In this document: piece by piece, positions 1 to 9,847 of the stretch
Layout: every line of letters begins with the position of its first letter
How positions within the stretch are numbered: the first letter of the stretch is position 1
From: Pseudomonadota bacterium
GTDB taxonomy: Bacteria; Pseudomonadota; Gammaproteobacteria; JAKAQQ01
Assembly: GCA_021839245.1 (NCBI GenBank)
Contig: JAKCBQ010000001.1
Coordinates: 41,032-105,031, forward strand
Direction of reading: 5' to 3'
Length of the DNA stretch: 64,000 bases
Notes under the pieces: model-generated
Told to the model about the DNA's origin: nothing
The model's database searches: none
What the model saw: only the letters and a program-made list of their open reading frames with translations
Position numbers and translations under genes: made by a program

Positions 1-910
1 CGATCTGTGTGCGTAGCGCCACAAAGGTTTCCCGGCGCGAATCGGGTGCGACGCCCGGAACCTGGTGGTACCCCTCGTACTGGCCGCGGACGAGGGCCTC
101 CGGGCGTACAGGCTGAACGGCGCTCAGGACCTTGGCCTTCTCGTCGCGCACCGCCTCCATCTCGAAGCGTACCGGAGGCTCCATGGTGAGGATCGCCAGC
201 ACCTGTAAGAGATGGTTCTGGACGACGTCGCGGACCGCTCCGACCTCGTCGTAAAACGCGCCCCGGTCCTCGACACCGAAGTTCTCGGCCATGGTGATCT
301 CGAGACTGCGCACGTGGTTTCGGTTCCATAAAGGCTCGAGGAACCCGTTGGCAAACCGGAAGTACAGAAGGTTCTGTACCGGTTCCTTACCGAGATAGTG
401 GTCGATCCGATAGATCTGCTCCTCCGCAAAGACACGGCGGACGATCTTGTTGAGTTCTTGGGCCGATGTCAGGTCACGGCCAAAGGGTTTCTCAACGACG
501 ACACGCCCTCCTTTATCGATCCGCCCCCGGTGAAGGCCTTCGATGACCGTGGCAAACAGGCTGGGTGGGATGGCCAGATAGAAAAGCGGGCTCTTGCTTC
601 CCTTGAGGTGTTTGGCAACCTCTGCGAATGTCGCTTCCTCGCGGTAGTCCCCGTCGACGTAACTCAGATGGCCGAGCAAGCGGGTCACATCTTCGGTGGC
701 GGCGTGAGGAGCATGCGCGGTGATCGCTGTGCGGGCGTGGTTCCGGAAGTCGTCGGTATTCCAGCCTGATTTGGCAACCCCGAGAACGAGAGAAGGGAGC
801 AGGCGGCGCCGCTCGAGAGCGTAGAGAGCAGGAAGGATCTTTTTGGCGGCCAGGTCACCGCTGGCCCCAAACAGCACGAGGGCATCGGCGGCGGTGTTGC
901 GATCGTTCAT
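1..910 (-). CDS. zwf: glucose-6-phosphate 1-dehydrogenase; N-terminal ~300 aa only, 3' end lies beyond the window start
   Basis: Minus-strand translation from the ATG at 910..908 gives [30 protein letters not shown]..., then EKPFG and RIDHYLGKE, which are canonical G6PD signatures. The start overlaps the gnd stop as ATGA. There is no in-window stop, which is why it is missing from the ORF track. Confidence 0.85.
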   Translation of the reverse strand, partial: MNDRNTAADALVLFGASGDLAAKKILPALYALERRRLLPSLVLGVAKSGWNTDDFRNHARTAITAHAPHAATEDVTRLLGHLSYVDGDYREEATFAEVAKHLKGSKSPLFYLAIPPSLFATVIEGLHRGRIDKGGRVVVEKPFGRDLTSAQELNKIVRRVFAEEQIYRIDHYLGKEPVQNLLYFRFANGFLEPLWNRNHVRSLEITMAENFGVEDRGAFYDEVGAVRDVVQNHLLQVLAILTMEPPVRFEMEAVRDEKAKVLSAVQPVRPEALVRGQYEGYHQVPGVAPDSRRETFVALRTQI

Positions 911-1926
911 CGGGTCGACTCCTCGTGATGGCCACCGAACTCCTCGCGCATGGCGGAGAGAATCTTGTCGGCGAAGAGGTTTTCGCCTCGGGACGAGAAA
1001 CGGGCGAACAGGGCGGCGGCCAGCGTGGGGGCGGGGGACGCCGTGTCGATCGCCGCCTGAAGGGTCCAGCGTCCTTCGCCCGAGTCCGAAACGCGCCCGC
1101 TCAGGTGGGCCAGATCAGGATCGCGCGCCAAGGCGTCGGCTGTGAGATCAAGGAGCCACGAAGAGACCACGCTTCCTCGGCGCCACAATTCGGCAACATC
1201 GGCGAGTGGCAGACGGTAGCGGTAGTTACCGGGTGTCTCGAGCGGCGTCTCTTCGGCACTGGTCTGTGCGGGCTGAAGTCCCCGATCAGCGTGACGGAGG
1301 ATGTTGAATCCCTCTGCGTACGCGGCCATGATCCCGTACTCGATTCCGTTGTGGACCATTTTGACAAAGTGTCCGGCGCCGCTCGGGCCACAGTAGAGAA
1401 ATCCCTCGTCGGCTGTGGATGAAGAGTTTGCCTCGCGGCCGGGTGTGGGGGGAGCAGCGTCGCGTCCCGGCGCCAGCGCGCGAAAAATGGGAACGAGACG
1501 CGTAAATGCTTCTTGCGGGCCGCCGACCATCAGGCAGTAGCCGCGTTTTTCGCCAAATACGCCGCCGGAGGTTCCGACGTCGAGATAATGAATGCCGCGG
1601 GCGGTGAGTTCCTGCGAGCGTCGCAGGTCTGCGGTGTAGTGGGAATTGCCTCCGTCGATGAGGATGTCGCCACGAGCCAGACGAGGAACCAGGTCTTTCA
1701 GAAGGTCGTCGACGGCTCCTGCGGGGATCATCATCCAGACCGACCGGGGGGCGGGAAGGGCGGCGATCAGATTTTCGAGGCTGTCCACGACCCGCAGTCC
1801 GTCTTTCGCAACCTTGTCGCGTGTCTCGGGAAAAGCGTCGTAAACCACAGGGGCGTGTCCGCATCTTTGGAGGCGGCGCGCCATGGCAGCCCCCATTCGG
1901 CCCATCCCGATCATACCTATGTTCAT
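907..1926 (-). CDS. gnd: 6-phosphogluconate dehydrogenase, short (~340 aa) decarboxylating type
   Basis: N-terminal Rossmann motif [18 protein letters not shown]. Length and composition fit the YqeC-like 6PGDH. It sits immediately upstream of zwf on the same strand. Confidence 0.85.
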   Translation of the reverse strand: MNIGMIGMGRMGAAMARRLQRCGHAPVVYDAFPETRDKVAKDGLRVVDSLENLIAALPAPRSVWMMIPAGAVDDLLKDLVPRLARGDILIDGGNSHYTADLRRSQELTARGIHYLDVGTSGGVFGEKRGYCLMVGGPQEAFTRLVPIFRALAPGRDAAPPTPGREANSSSTADEGFLYCGPSGAGHFVKMVHNGIEYGIMAAYAEGFNILRHADRGLQPAQTSAEETPLETPGNYRYRLPLADVAELWRRGSVVSSWLLDLTADALARDPDLAHLSGRVSDSGEGRWTLQAAIDTASPAPTLAAALFARFSSRGENLFADKILSAMREEFGGHHEESTR

Positions 1927-2021
1927 CGGCGTTCTCCTTGAAGTAAAAAACTGAAATCTTCCAGGTGCCTCCCGGAAAATCAGCGCTCGACGTGCGCCCG
2001 GACGGCTTGGCTCACCGTCAT

Positions 2022-4637
2022 TCAGAGCGTAAGTAAATCCTCAAGGCGGACGCGCGCCACACGCATCCCGTGCTCGATGAGGGCCTCGTAATCGCCGTCG
2101 GCCTGGGCACGGATGACTTGTCCGAAGCCGTAACGACGGCCGGGAATAGGAAGTTCGTTCATTGTGTCGTCAACGATCTGGAGAAAGACTCCTTCCCGTG
2201 GTCCTCCTTTGTGCAGTTGCCCCGTCGAGTGAAGAAAGCGGGGGCCAATTCCCAGAGTTGTGGCGGCTCCGGTTCGGTCGCGCAGGAGGGTGCGCAGCCT
2301 TTGGAGTTCCTGAACCTTTGGCGATTCAGGGTCAATGTAAGCTTGAAGAGCAATGTAATCGTTCGGTTGAACCCGCTCGAGGATACGGGATGGCGGGACC
2401 ACCACCGGGGAGGTGGTGTTTTCGGGGTGCTCGAGAATGCGCCCGGCGGCTTTTTTCGCAGACTCAACGTTCGGCTGATCAAACGCGTTGATCCCGAGGA
2501 TGTGCCCCGCGATCGCGGTGGCGAACTCCCAGGCGAAGACTTGCCCACCTATCGGAGCACGGTCAAGATCGTGATCGTGATAAACGGGATGCCCAGCCTC
2601 ACGCAAGGCATCGCGTGCGGCGTCGGGGGCGCCCAAGGCGACAAAGAGACGATCGTGGCCGTAGTGGTCGGGCGGTGCAATCTCCTCGCCGACGACGGGG
2701 ACGATCCCGCGTCCCTGCTTGCCCGTGGATTCGGCCAGGAGTTGTTCGAGCCAGCCGCCGAAGACGCGCAGGGGAGGGGGCAAAAGAATCGTGGCCTTGT
2801 TCCGTCCGGCTCGCGCGTGGAGCCCAAGGACAAGACCGAGTTTGAGTCCTGGGTTGTGACGGGCAGGCACGCTCGGCAGGCAGGCGTGCATCATGCAGTC
2901 CGCTGCGTGCAGGAGTGGCTGGAGGGGAAGCCCGCGAAGAACCCAGGCCACGAGACCAAAATAGCTGAGGGCCGAATACCGGCCGCCGAGGGTCGGATCG
3001 TTGCGAAAAATCTTTAGGAATCCTCGCGACTTGGCCAGTTCGTCGAGTGGGGTGTCGGGGTCCGTCACGGCCACGTAGTGGCGGCCGTTGGAGTCCCGAG
3101 ACCAGAAAAGATCGAGTTGAGCCCTTGTTTCAAGGGTGGTCCCGGACTTTGAGGCGACGACGACAAGTGTCTCACCGACACGATAGTTTTCAAGGCGTCG
3201 GCGGAGAAAATCCGGATGGCTGGTGTCGAGGATGTCAAGACGAGGGGCTCCGCGGACGGGCGTGTCGAGACTTTGCGTGAAAGACGCGAACAGGCTCGAG
3301 CCGCCCATCCCGCACCAGAGAACATGCCGAAGGCCCTCCTGCGAGCAGCGTGCGGCAAAGTCTTCAAGTTCCGAAACTTTGTGACGCATCGCGGGCACGA
3401 TGTGTAACCAGCCCAGACGATTTGCGATTTCGTCCTGCTGGTTGCCCCAAAGCGTCCAATCGTGCTTCCACAAACGGGCAACGAGCTCCTCGTGCTCGAC
3501 CTCCGCCAAGCTTTCGTCGAGAAGCGGGTCGTCTTTGTATGCTTCTTTGGGAGCAGTGGACTGGTGAAGGCGACGGCATTCCTTTTGAAGCTGTTCGATC
3601 AGGGACTGGAAAGAGTGCACAAACGCGTCGCACCCTTTGTTCTGAAGATCATCGGCGGCGCCCGCCAGATTGATTCCACGACTCAGAAGATCGGGAACGA
3701 TGCGGGCTTCCTTCGCGGTCATCGTGGACACCGGCTTCCCTTCGTTGAGAAACGCGAGAAGTGTGGCCTCCGGAACCGTATTGATGGTGTTCGGATAAAT
3801 CAACCGCTCAACGTAGTACGCCGGCGAAAGTGAAGGGTCCTTGCTGCTCGTGCTGGCCCAGAGAAGCTTCTGGGGCTGAGCTCCGTGGGCGGCAAGGCGT
3901 TTCCAGCGTTCCGTTGCGTAAAGTCGGTGATGGGTGTCGTAACAGTGGTACGCCACGGCCAACCCCAAGCGGTTGCGCATGCCGCTGTCCAGCTGAGGGT
4001 TCATGGCCGTGTCCCAGCGCGAGATAAAAACGGAAGCGACCGAAGGAACCCGGAGATCCAGACCCTTCGCCAGCCGTCTCTCGAGCCCGCGGAAGTAGGC
4101 TTCCGCGGCCCGCAAATACTGGCTGGGGGAGAAGAGCAGGGTTACGTTGATCCCCACACCCTCGGTGATCAGCTCTTCGATGGCGCGTGCTCCCGCGGCT
4201 GTTCCCGGCACCTTGATCAGAAGATTGGGGCGCTCGGCGAGAGCATGAAGTCGTTTCGCCTGGGCAATCGACGCATCGGCGTCATCGGCGAGACGGGGCG
4301 AAAGCTCCAGCGAAACAAAACCGTCTTGTCCTTGGCTTTTTTCGTGGATGGGTGCAAAGAGATCGGCTGCGGCCCGCAGATCCTCAAGAGCCAGCGCGAA
4401 GAAAAGGCCCTCGTGATCCTTCTCGAATTGGGGCATGAGGGCGCGAAGCACGTCGTCGTAATCGTGCCCTCGGGCCAGGGCGTGTTCGTAGATCGTGGGG
4501 TTCGAAGTGAGTCCACGTATCCCGCCGGTGTCGATGTATCGGGCGAGGGTTCCGCTTGTGAGGAGAGCGCGGTGAATATTGTCAAGCCAGAGACTTTGCC
4601 GCTGCTGCCGGACCGTATCGATACTGGTTGCTGACAT
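2022..4637 (-). CDS. bifunctional transaldolase / glucose-6-phosphate isomerase fusion
   Basis: 871 aa. The N-terminal ~350 aa is transaldolase-like (SLWLDNI..., LIKVPGT). The C-terminal half is PGI-like (sugar-isomerase SIS region CGMGGSSL...). The fusion architecture is known in several bacterial phyla. Confidence 0.8.
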   Translation of the reverse strand: MSATSIDTVRQQRQSLWLDNIHRALLTSGTLARYIDTGGIRGLTSNPTIYEHALARGHDYDDVLRALMPQFEKDHEGLFFALALEDLRAAADLFAPIHEKSQGQDGFVSLELSPRLADDADASIAQAKRLHALAERPNLLIKVPGTAAGARAIEELITEGVGINVTLLFSPSQYLRAAEAYFRGLERRLAKGLDLRVPSVASVFISRWDTAMNPQLDSGMRNRLGLAVAYHCYDTHHRLYATERWKRLAAHGAQPQKLLWASTSSKDPSLSPAYYVERLIYPNTINTVPEATLLAFLNEGKPVSTMTAKEARIVPDLLSRGINLAGAADDLQNKGCDAFVHSFQSLIEQLQKECRRLHQSTAPKEAYKDDPLLDESLAEVEHEELVARLWKHDWTLWGNQQDEIANRLGWLHIVPAMRHKVSELEDFAARCSQEGLRHVLWCGMGGSSLFASFTQSLDTPVRGAPRLDILDTSHPDFLRRRLENYRVGETLVVVASKSGTTLETRAQLDLFWSRDSNGRHYVAVTDPDTPLDELAKSRGFLKIFRNDPTLGGRYSALSYFGLVAWVLRGLPLQPLLHAADCMMHACLPSVPARHNPGLKLGLVLGLHARAGRNKATILLPPPLRVFGGWLEQLLAESTGKQGRGIVPVVGEEIAPPDHYGHDRLFVALGAPDAARDALREAGHPVYHDHDLDRAPIGGQVFAWEFATAIAGHILGINAFDQPNVESAKKAAGRILEHPENTTSPVVVPPSRILERVQPNDYIALQAYIDPESPKVQELQRLRTLLRDRTGAATTLGIGPRFLHSTGQLHKGGPREGVFLQIVDDTMNELPIPGRRYGFGQVIRAQADGDYEALIEHGMRVARVRLEDLLTL

Positions 4638-4736
4638 ATGCTGGGCCGCCTCGTTCGGTGATGTGTGCTTCTTCGGGATTATAAACCTCTGGCTCGAGTG
4701 CGCGCGCTGCGCCTGTTTCGTCCCGGCGATAACGGG

Positions 4737-7064
4737 TCAAGACTTTTTGTCTTCTGACACTGTCACTGTGTAATCTTTTCCAAGCCACGTTCCGTCCAGC
4801 CAACGGACCGTAAATGAGACGGTCGAGCCGGGAGAACGGTCTTGCATCGGCAGAGTGACCTGATGCATGCCCAACCCGCACGGTGTGGTCGGAAGTTCAC
4901 GAACATTGTTCCAGCCGTCTTGCCCGTAATGCACAAAGCCGGGGTGGGCCAGAAGGATCGTGAGCGGTAGCCCGCGGGGAAGCTCACGAAGGCAGCATCC
5001 TAGGCTCCACGTCGCTGTGTGGCGGGGAGGACGTTCTCCGTTGCAGTGGCGCACGACAGGGGCGGGGCGGTCGAAAATCGACCCTTGTGCCCGTGAAAGA
5101 TAAAGTTTGACGAATTCGGCGTGGGCCCACACAAGCGGCATCGCCGATCCAGAGGGCCGGCCTGGGTAGAGTCTGCGCTCGGGGATGGGTTCGGTGTCCC
5201 AGATCTGCTCGGGAATGAGTCCCGCCCGGCCCGTCATCCGGGTCATGGCGCGAAGATAAGGATAGGGATCCTCTCCACGCGCGAGTGCGTAATGCCCACG
5301 CTCGCCGGTGAGGAGCGGCCACCCCCTTCCGACACCGGATCCGTCGAAGGGGCTTCCGTTTTCGTGTTCACCGTAACCGTCGTTATTGTAGCGATGCCAG
5401 ACGGGTCCGGACGGAGTGTCCACGCGAAGCAGGAGGTCCGCCAATCGAACCGTCGCGTCCACATAGACGTCGTCGGGTCGACGGATTCCGTAACGGACAA
5501 GCTGGAGAAAGTCGAGGGCAACCTGCTCGGAAGCCTCGGGGGACAGATTGTCGGATCTGTTGTGGACCAGAATGCGTTGGTTGAACGCGTGTGTGTCGCA
5601 CAGGACTGAGCTGGGAGCCACGCGAACGTAGTGCCCCGGAAGGCCGTGCTGTTGATCCAGCGCGGTTCCCGTCACGACACACCAGTCCTCGATCATATGG
5701 TTCCATTCGTCGGCCAGACGCAACGCTAGGGCGGCGTCGTTGTCCTCGAGAAAATCGGCCCCGGAAATCAAGGCGCCGATGATCACGGCGAGCGTGAAGG
5801 GGTTGACGCCTTCGTCTTCCTCCCAGCGGTCTTGAGCGCTGGCCGGACCGTGGCGGACCAGATACGACAAGGCTGCGTGCACCATGGGGCGCACGGCAAT
5901 TCCGTGGAGCGCGTCCCGCTCGTGAAGGCTGGACGCCAAAAGGACGGGGAAAGCGGTTTCATCCAGCTGAATGCCTTGCCAGTAAGGGCGTCCGCCAAGC
6001 CATTGATTCTGAAACCAGTGGCCGTCGTCCTGCTGGCTGGCGATCAGGTAGGAGAGAACTTCTCGGGCCTCTTCAATCATCCCGAGACCCAAAAGAGCCG
6101 AGGCGCTCTCGCAAAGATCCCGCGGCCAGACCAGGTGGTATCCCCCTGCGCTCGACGAGCTTTCGCCCCAAGGCGTGGCCAGTGAGGCCACGAGCGCGCC
6201 GGGAAAACTCTTGCACTTGTGGGTCTTGAGAACGCTGGCGGAACGCGCCAAGGCGGCCGCGTCGCCCGGCGGGCAGTGGGCGGGAGGGACGACTTTGTCG
6301 AGCCAGTCCGTCCAGGTGTTTTGGACGTGATGCCAGGAAGACTCGAACGGGACAGTGACGGCCGCGCGTGCCAAGGTGGCGGCGGCGGAAGCACTCGTTG
6401 AAAAAGCCAGAACCAAAACTCCTTCGCGAGCGAGGTCGCCCGCAAGCGTGATGCCGCCGGGTCCTGCGGCGTCAGAGACTTTTGCCAAACGTCCATCTTG
6501 AGCGAACTGGGTGACGAGGTCGTCGTGAGCGAACGTGGCGACGTGTGCGCGCGTGATGCAGTCGATCCCGTCCTGGCCCGCAACAACCGCAAGGCCGTAG
6601 GGGGCACGTTCTGCCGTGAGTGCCCGAAAACCGGCGCGCGTGAACAAGCGCCCCTGCTGGCCATCGGCGACCTCGCCCAAACGGGGTGCAAGTTCGAAAT
6701 AGGGGTGAAGGTTGGCGTCGCCCTCGAGCCGGTAAGAGACCAACAAGGCGTCGCGGAAAGGATCCGGGCACACGCGGAGGGTCAGATGAAAACGTTTGTG
6801 TTCGTGATGAAGCACGACGGTCGGGACACCCGGTTTGACTTCTTCCACACGGGAGCAATCCGTTGCGGAGAGATCCATCCAAAAGCCGAATCCGTCGGCA
6901 ACGAAGAAATTGAGGCTCTTGATCTGCGGAAAATCCACACGTGGGTAGAACACTTCGGTCACCAATCCACCGGCCACGGTAAACCAGAGTCTCGGGTTGT
7001 CGAGCGCGCAACCCACAAAGTCTTTGTCCGCGCGTGTCCAGGAGGTGGGGAGGGAAACAGGCAT
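4737..7064 (-). CDS. glycoside hydrolase family 15 glucoamylase / glucodextranase-like protein
   Basis: 775 aa with N-terminal beta-sandwich and central (alpha/alpha)6 region (GGYHLVWPRDLCESA..., DRWEEDEGVNPFT), typical of bacterial GH15. No obvious signal peptide. It begins 18 nt after the gspF stop. Confidence 0.7.
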   Translation of the reverse strand: MPVSLPTSWTRADKDFVGCALDNPRLWFTVAGGLVTEVFYPRVDFPQIKSLNFFVADGFGFWMDLSATDCSRVEEVKPGVPTVVLHHEHKRFHLTLRVCPDPFRDALLVSYRLEGDANLHPYFELAPRLGEVADGQQGRLFTRAGFRALTAERAPYGLAVVAGQDGIDCITRAHVATFAHDDLVTQFAQDGRLAKVSDAAGPGGITLAGDLAREGVLVLAFSTSASAAATLARAAVTVPFESSWHHVQNTWTDWLDKVVPPAHCPPGDAAALARSASVLKTHKCKSFPGALVASLATPWGESSSSAGGYHLVWPRDLCESASALLGLGMIEEAREVLSYLIASQQDDGHWFQNQWLGGRPYWQGIQLDETAFPVLLASSLHERDALHGIAVRPMVHAALSYLVRHGPASAQDRWEEDEGVNPFTLAVIIGALISGADFLEDNDAALALRLADEWNHMIEDWCVVTGTALDQQHGLPGHYVRVAPSSVLCDTHAFNQRILVHNRSDNLSPEASEQVALDFLQLVRYGIRRPDDVYVDATVRLADLLLRVDTPSGPVWHRYNNDGYGEHENGSPFDGSGVGRGWPLLTGERGHYALARGEDPYPYLRAMTRMTGRAGLIPEQIWDTEPIPERRLYPGRPSGSAMPLVWAHAEFVKLYLSRAQGSIFDRPAPVVRHCNGERPPRHTATWSLGCCLRELPRGLPLTILLAHPGFVHYGQDGWNNVRELPTTPCGLGMHQVTLPMQDRSPGSTVSFTVRWLDGTWLGKDYTVTVSEDKKS

Positions 7065-7082
7065 ATCAGGCGTCCGGCGGGG

Positions 7083-8309
7083 TTAGTGAATCAGGCGGTT
7101 CAATTCGAAAATGGGAAGAAGTATCGCCAAAACGATGGTTAGCACAACGCCTCCCATGATCAGAATCATGGCGGGCTCAAGCACGCTCAGAAAGGTTCCC
7201 ACAATACTTTCGAGTTCGCGCTCTTGATTTTCGGCCGCGCGGGCCAGCATGGCATCGAGTTGTCCGCTGGTTTCGCCACTCGCAATCAGATGAATCATCA
7301 TCGGAGGGAAGAGGCCGCTCTGTCGAAGAGCCCCCGCGAGCGAACGGCCTTCGCGCACCCGGTCTGTGGCTTCATCGACCGCCACTTTCATCGGAACGTT
7401 TGTGATCACCTCCCCCGAGATCCGAAGCGCGTCGAGAACGGGAACCCCGCTTCCTGAAAGAATGCTGAGTGTGCGGGTGAACCGAGCGGTGTTGAGGCCG
7501 CGAATGACGCGTCCGATCAGGGGGACGCGAAGGGCAAAGCGATGCACCCGGCTTCGTACCCGCGCGCGGCGGTATGCCCGGCGGGCCGCAAAAAGCAGTC
7601 CCGCCAACCCGATGACGAGAAAAATACCGTCGTGACGTACGAGACCACTGACCGCAATGAGAGCGCGCGTTAGAAGCGGCAAACGATGCCCAAGATTTTG
7701 AAAGACCGTGACGATTTCGGGCACGACATAGACAAGCAGTCCGGTGACGATCAAGACGGACATCGCCACGAGGAGCAGGGGATAAACCAGAGCCAAACTG
7801 ATTTTCTGATGGACAAGCTGGCGGTTTTCGGCATAATCGGCGAGCCGCTCCAAAACCGCCTCGAGGTGACCGGACTGTTCTCCCGCGGCGACGGTAGCCT
7901 GGAAGATTTCGGGGAAAACATGCGGGAAGAGACGCAGCCCCTCGGCCAACGTCCTCCCCTCGAGGACACGGGCTCGCACGGACATGAGCATTTTGCGCAT
8001 CCGTTCGTTGGCGTTCTGCTCCGCCGCTGTGAGCAGCGCTTCCTCGACGGGAAGCGCCGAGCGGATCAGCGTGGCCAGCTGCCGTGTCACCAGGGCCAGC
8101 TCCTGGGGGCTGACGCCCCGAGCCTGCCACCAACGTACGGTGAGCGCGCGCTCCGGAGCGGCGGCTTTCTCTTCGGTGGTTTCGATCTTGACCGGAATGA
8201 GCCCCTCTTCACGCAGCTGCTGCCTGGCCGCGCGGGGGCTGTCGCTTTCAACCATGCCGCGCCGATGGCGGCCTTCACGGTCCAATGCGGTGTAGCTGAA
8301 AACTGCCAT
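7083..8309 (-). CDS. gspF: type II secretion system inner-membrane platform protein GspF (PilC family)
   Basis: 408 aa polytopic protein with the tandem GspF/PilC repeat architecture. It overlaps the gspE stop by 4 nt. Confidence 0.85.
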   Translation of the reverse strand: MAVFSYTALDREGRHRRGMVESDSPRAARQQLREEGLIPVKIETTEEKAAAPERALTVRWWQARGVSPQELALVTRQLATLIRSALPVEEALLTAAEQNANERMRKMLMSVRARVLEGRTLAEGLRLFPHVFPEIFQATVAAGEQSGHLEAVLERLADYAENRQLVHQKISLALVYPLLLVAMSVLIVTGLLVYVVPEIVTVFQNLGHRLPLLTRALIAVSGLVRHDGIFLVIGLAGLLFAARRAYRRARVRSRVHRFALRVPLIGRVIRGLNTARFTRTLSILSGSGVPVLDALRISGEVITNVPMKVAVDEATDRVREGRSLAGALRQSGLFPPMMIHLIASGETSGQLDAMLARAAENQERELESIVGTFLSVLEPAMILIMGGVVLTIVLAILLPIFELNRLIH

Positions 8310-8311
8310 CG

Positions 8312-9847
8312 TCAGTCCGCGCGTGTCACGCGCAGTACTTCTTCAAGTGTGGTGATGCCTTGAGCGACGCGGTCGAGCCCGTCGTCGTAAATGCTCGGAC
8401 TTTCCGTGCGGGCCTGTTGCTCGATCTCTTGCTCCCCGCGGCGATCGTGAATCATTTGGCGGATCTTGCTGCCGACGGCGACGAATTCGTAAATGCCTGT
8501 GCGGCCGCGAAACCCCGTGCGGTGGCAGAATGTGCAGCCGACAGCACGATAAAGGACGGGATGCTCGGGGTTCGGGAAACGACCGGCCAATAGTTGCTGT
8601 TCGTAGTCTCCAGGCACAAAGGCTTCCCGACATTTGGGACACAAGACCCGCACCAACCGTTGGGCCAAAAGCCCGACAAGGCTGGATGCAAGCAGGAAAG
8701 GTTCAATCCCCATGTCGAGGAGACGAGTGATGGCTCCGATCGCCGTATTCGTATGCAGTGTGGAAAGAACCAAATGCCCCGTCAAGCTGGACTGGACGGC
8801 GATTTCGGCCGTTTCGAGATCGCGGATCTCACCCACCATGACAATGTCCGGATCCTGCCGGAGAATCGCGCGGAGGCCTCGTGCGAACGTCATGTCAACC
8901 TTGTTGTTGACCTGTGTTTGGCCAATACCGTCGAGGTAATACTCGATCGGATCTTCGACGGTCATGATGTTCCGTGTCCGGTCGTTGAGGCGGGTCAGGG
9001 CCGCGTAAAGAGTCGTCGTTTTTCCGGAACCGGTCGGCCCGGTGACCAGGATGATGCCGTGCGGGAGGTGGATGATTTTGTCGACTTTGCGGAGCGTGTC
9101 CGCCGGCATGCCGAGCTGCGAAAGATCGAGGCGTCCCGTCTGCTTGTCAAGTAGTCTGAGAACCACGCGTTCGCCGTGTCCCGACGGAATGGTCGAAACA
9201 CGAACATCAACGGCGCGGCCCGCAAGGCGGAGTGAAATCCGGCCGTCCTGGGGGAGCCGTTTCTCGGCAATATCCAGGCGTGACATGACTTTGATGCGTG
9301 AAACCACGAGCGGGGCCACGGCGTGTCGGGATTGGAGCACTTCCTGAAGCACCCCGTCGATGCGCATGCGAACGATGAGTCGATTTTCAAAGGGTTCGAT
9401 GTGGATATCGGATGCGTTGTTCTTGACCGCTTCGGAAAAAAGGGCATTGATCAGTCTGATGATTGGGGCGTCATCGTTGCTTTCCAGGAGGTCTTCAGGT
9501 TCGGGAAGTTGCTCCGCGACATCCGCAAGATCCGTGCTGCTTTGTAGACCCTCCATAATCGCAATTGATTGTTCGTTTTGTTCTTCGTAAGTCCGTTGCA
9601 GCAAACGTGCGAATGTCTCGTCGTCGACGGGTTCTACCGTGATGGTGGTTCCGAGATGGCGTTGGAGTTCAAGAAAAGCCGCCGACGGCACATCTTTTCG
9701 GGCCATGATCACAAAACGGCCATCCTGATCTTCGGTCAGCAGGAGCCCGTAACGACGAGCGAACGCAAAAGGAAGACGTCGTGCGCCCGATTCTTGTTCA
9801 GTGGTTGCAGGCGGCTCTGAGGAGAAAGGGAGGTGTGCGGCCATCAC
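8312..9847 (-). CDS. gspE: type II secretion system ATPase GspE
   Basis: Walker A LVTGPTGSGKTTTLYA, plus Asp box, His box and the C-terminal tetracysteine CPKC...CTFC of GspE/PilB ATPases. Confidence 0.9.
   Translation of the reverse strand: MMAAHLPFSSEPPATTEQESGARRLPFAFARRYGLLLTEDQDGRFVIMARKDVPSAAFLELQRHLGTTITVEPVDDETFARLLQRTYEEQNEQSIAIMEGLQSSTDLADVAEQLPEPEDLLESNDDAPIIRLINALFSEAVKNNASDIHIEPFENRLIVRMRIDGVLQEVLQSRHAVAPLVVSRIKVMSRLDIAEKRLPQDGRISLRLAGRAVDVRVSTIPSGHGERVVLRLLDKQTGRLDLSQLGMPADTLRKVDKIIHLPHGIILVTGPTGSGKTTTLYAALTRLNDRTRNIMTVEDPIEYYLDGIGQTQVNNKVDMTFARGLRAILRQDPDIVMVGEIRDLETAEIAVQSSLTGHLVLSTLHTNTAIGAITRLLDMGIEPFLLASSLVGLLAQRLVRVLCPKCREAFVPGDYEQQLLAGRFPNPEHPVLYRAVGCTFCHRTGFRGRTGIYEFVAVGSKIRQMIHDRRGEQEIEQQARTESPSIYDDGLDRVAQGITTLEEVLRVTRAD

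Noticed and set aside
2070-3017. 315-aa plus-strand ORF inside tal-pgi, and others at 3885..4634 and 2162..2491
   Set aside because: They are antisense to a strongly supported 871-aa two-domain protein and have no motifs.
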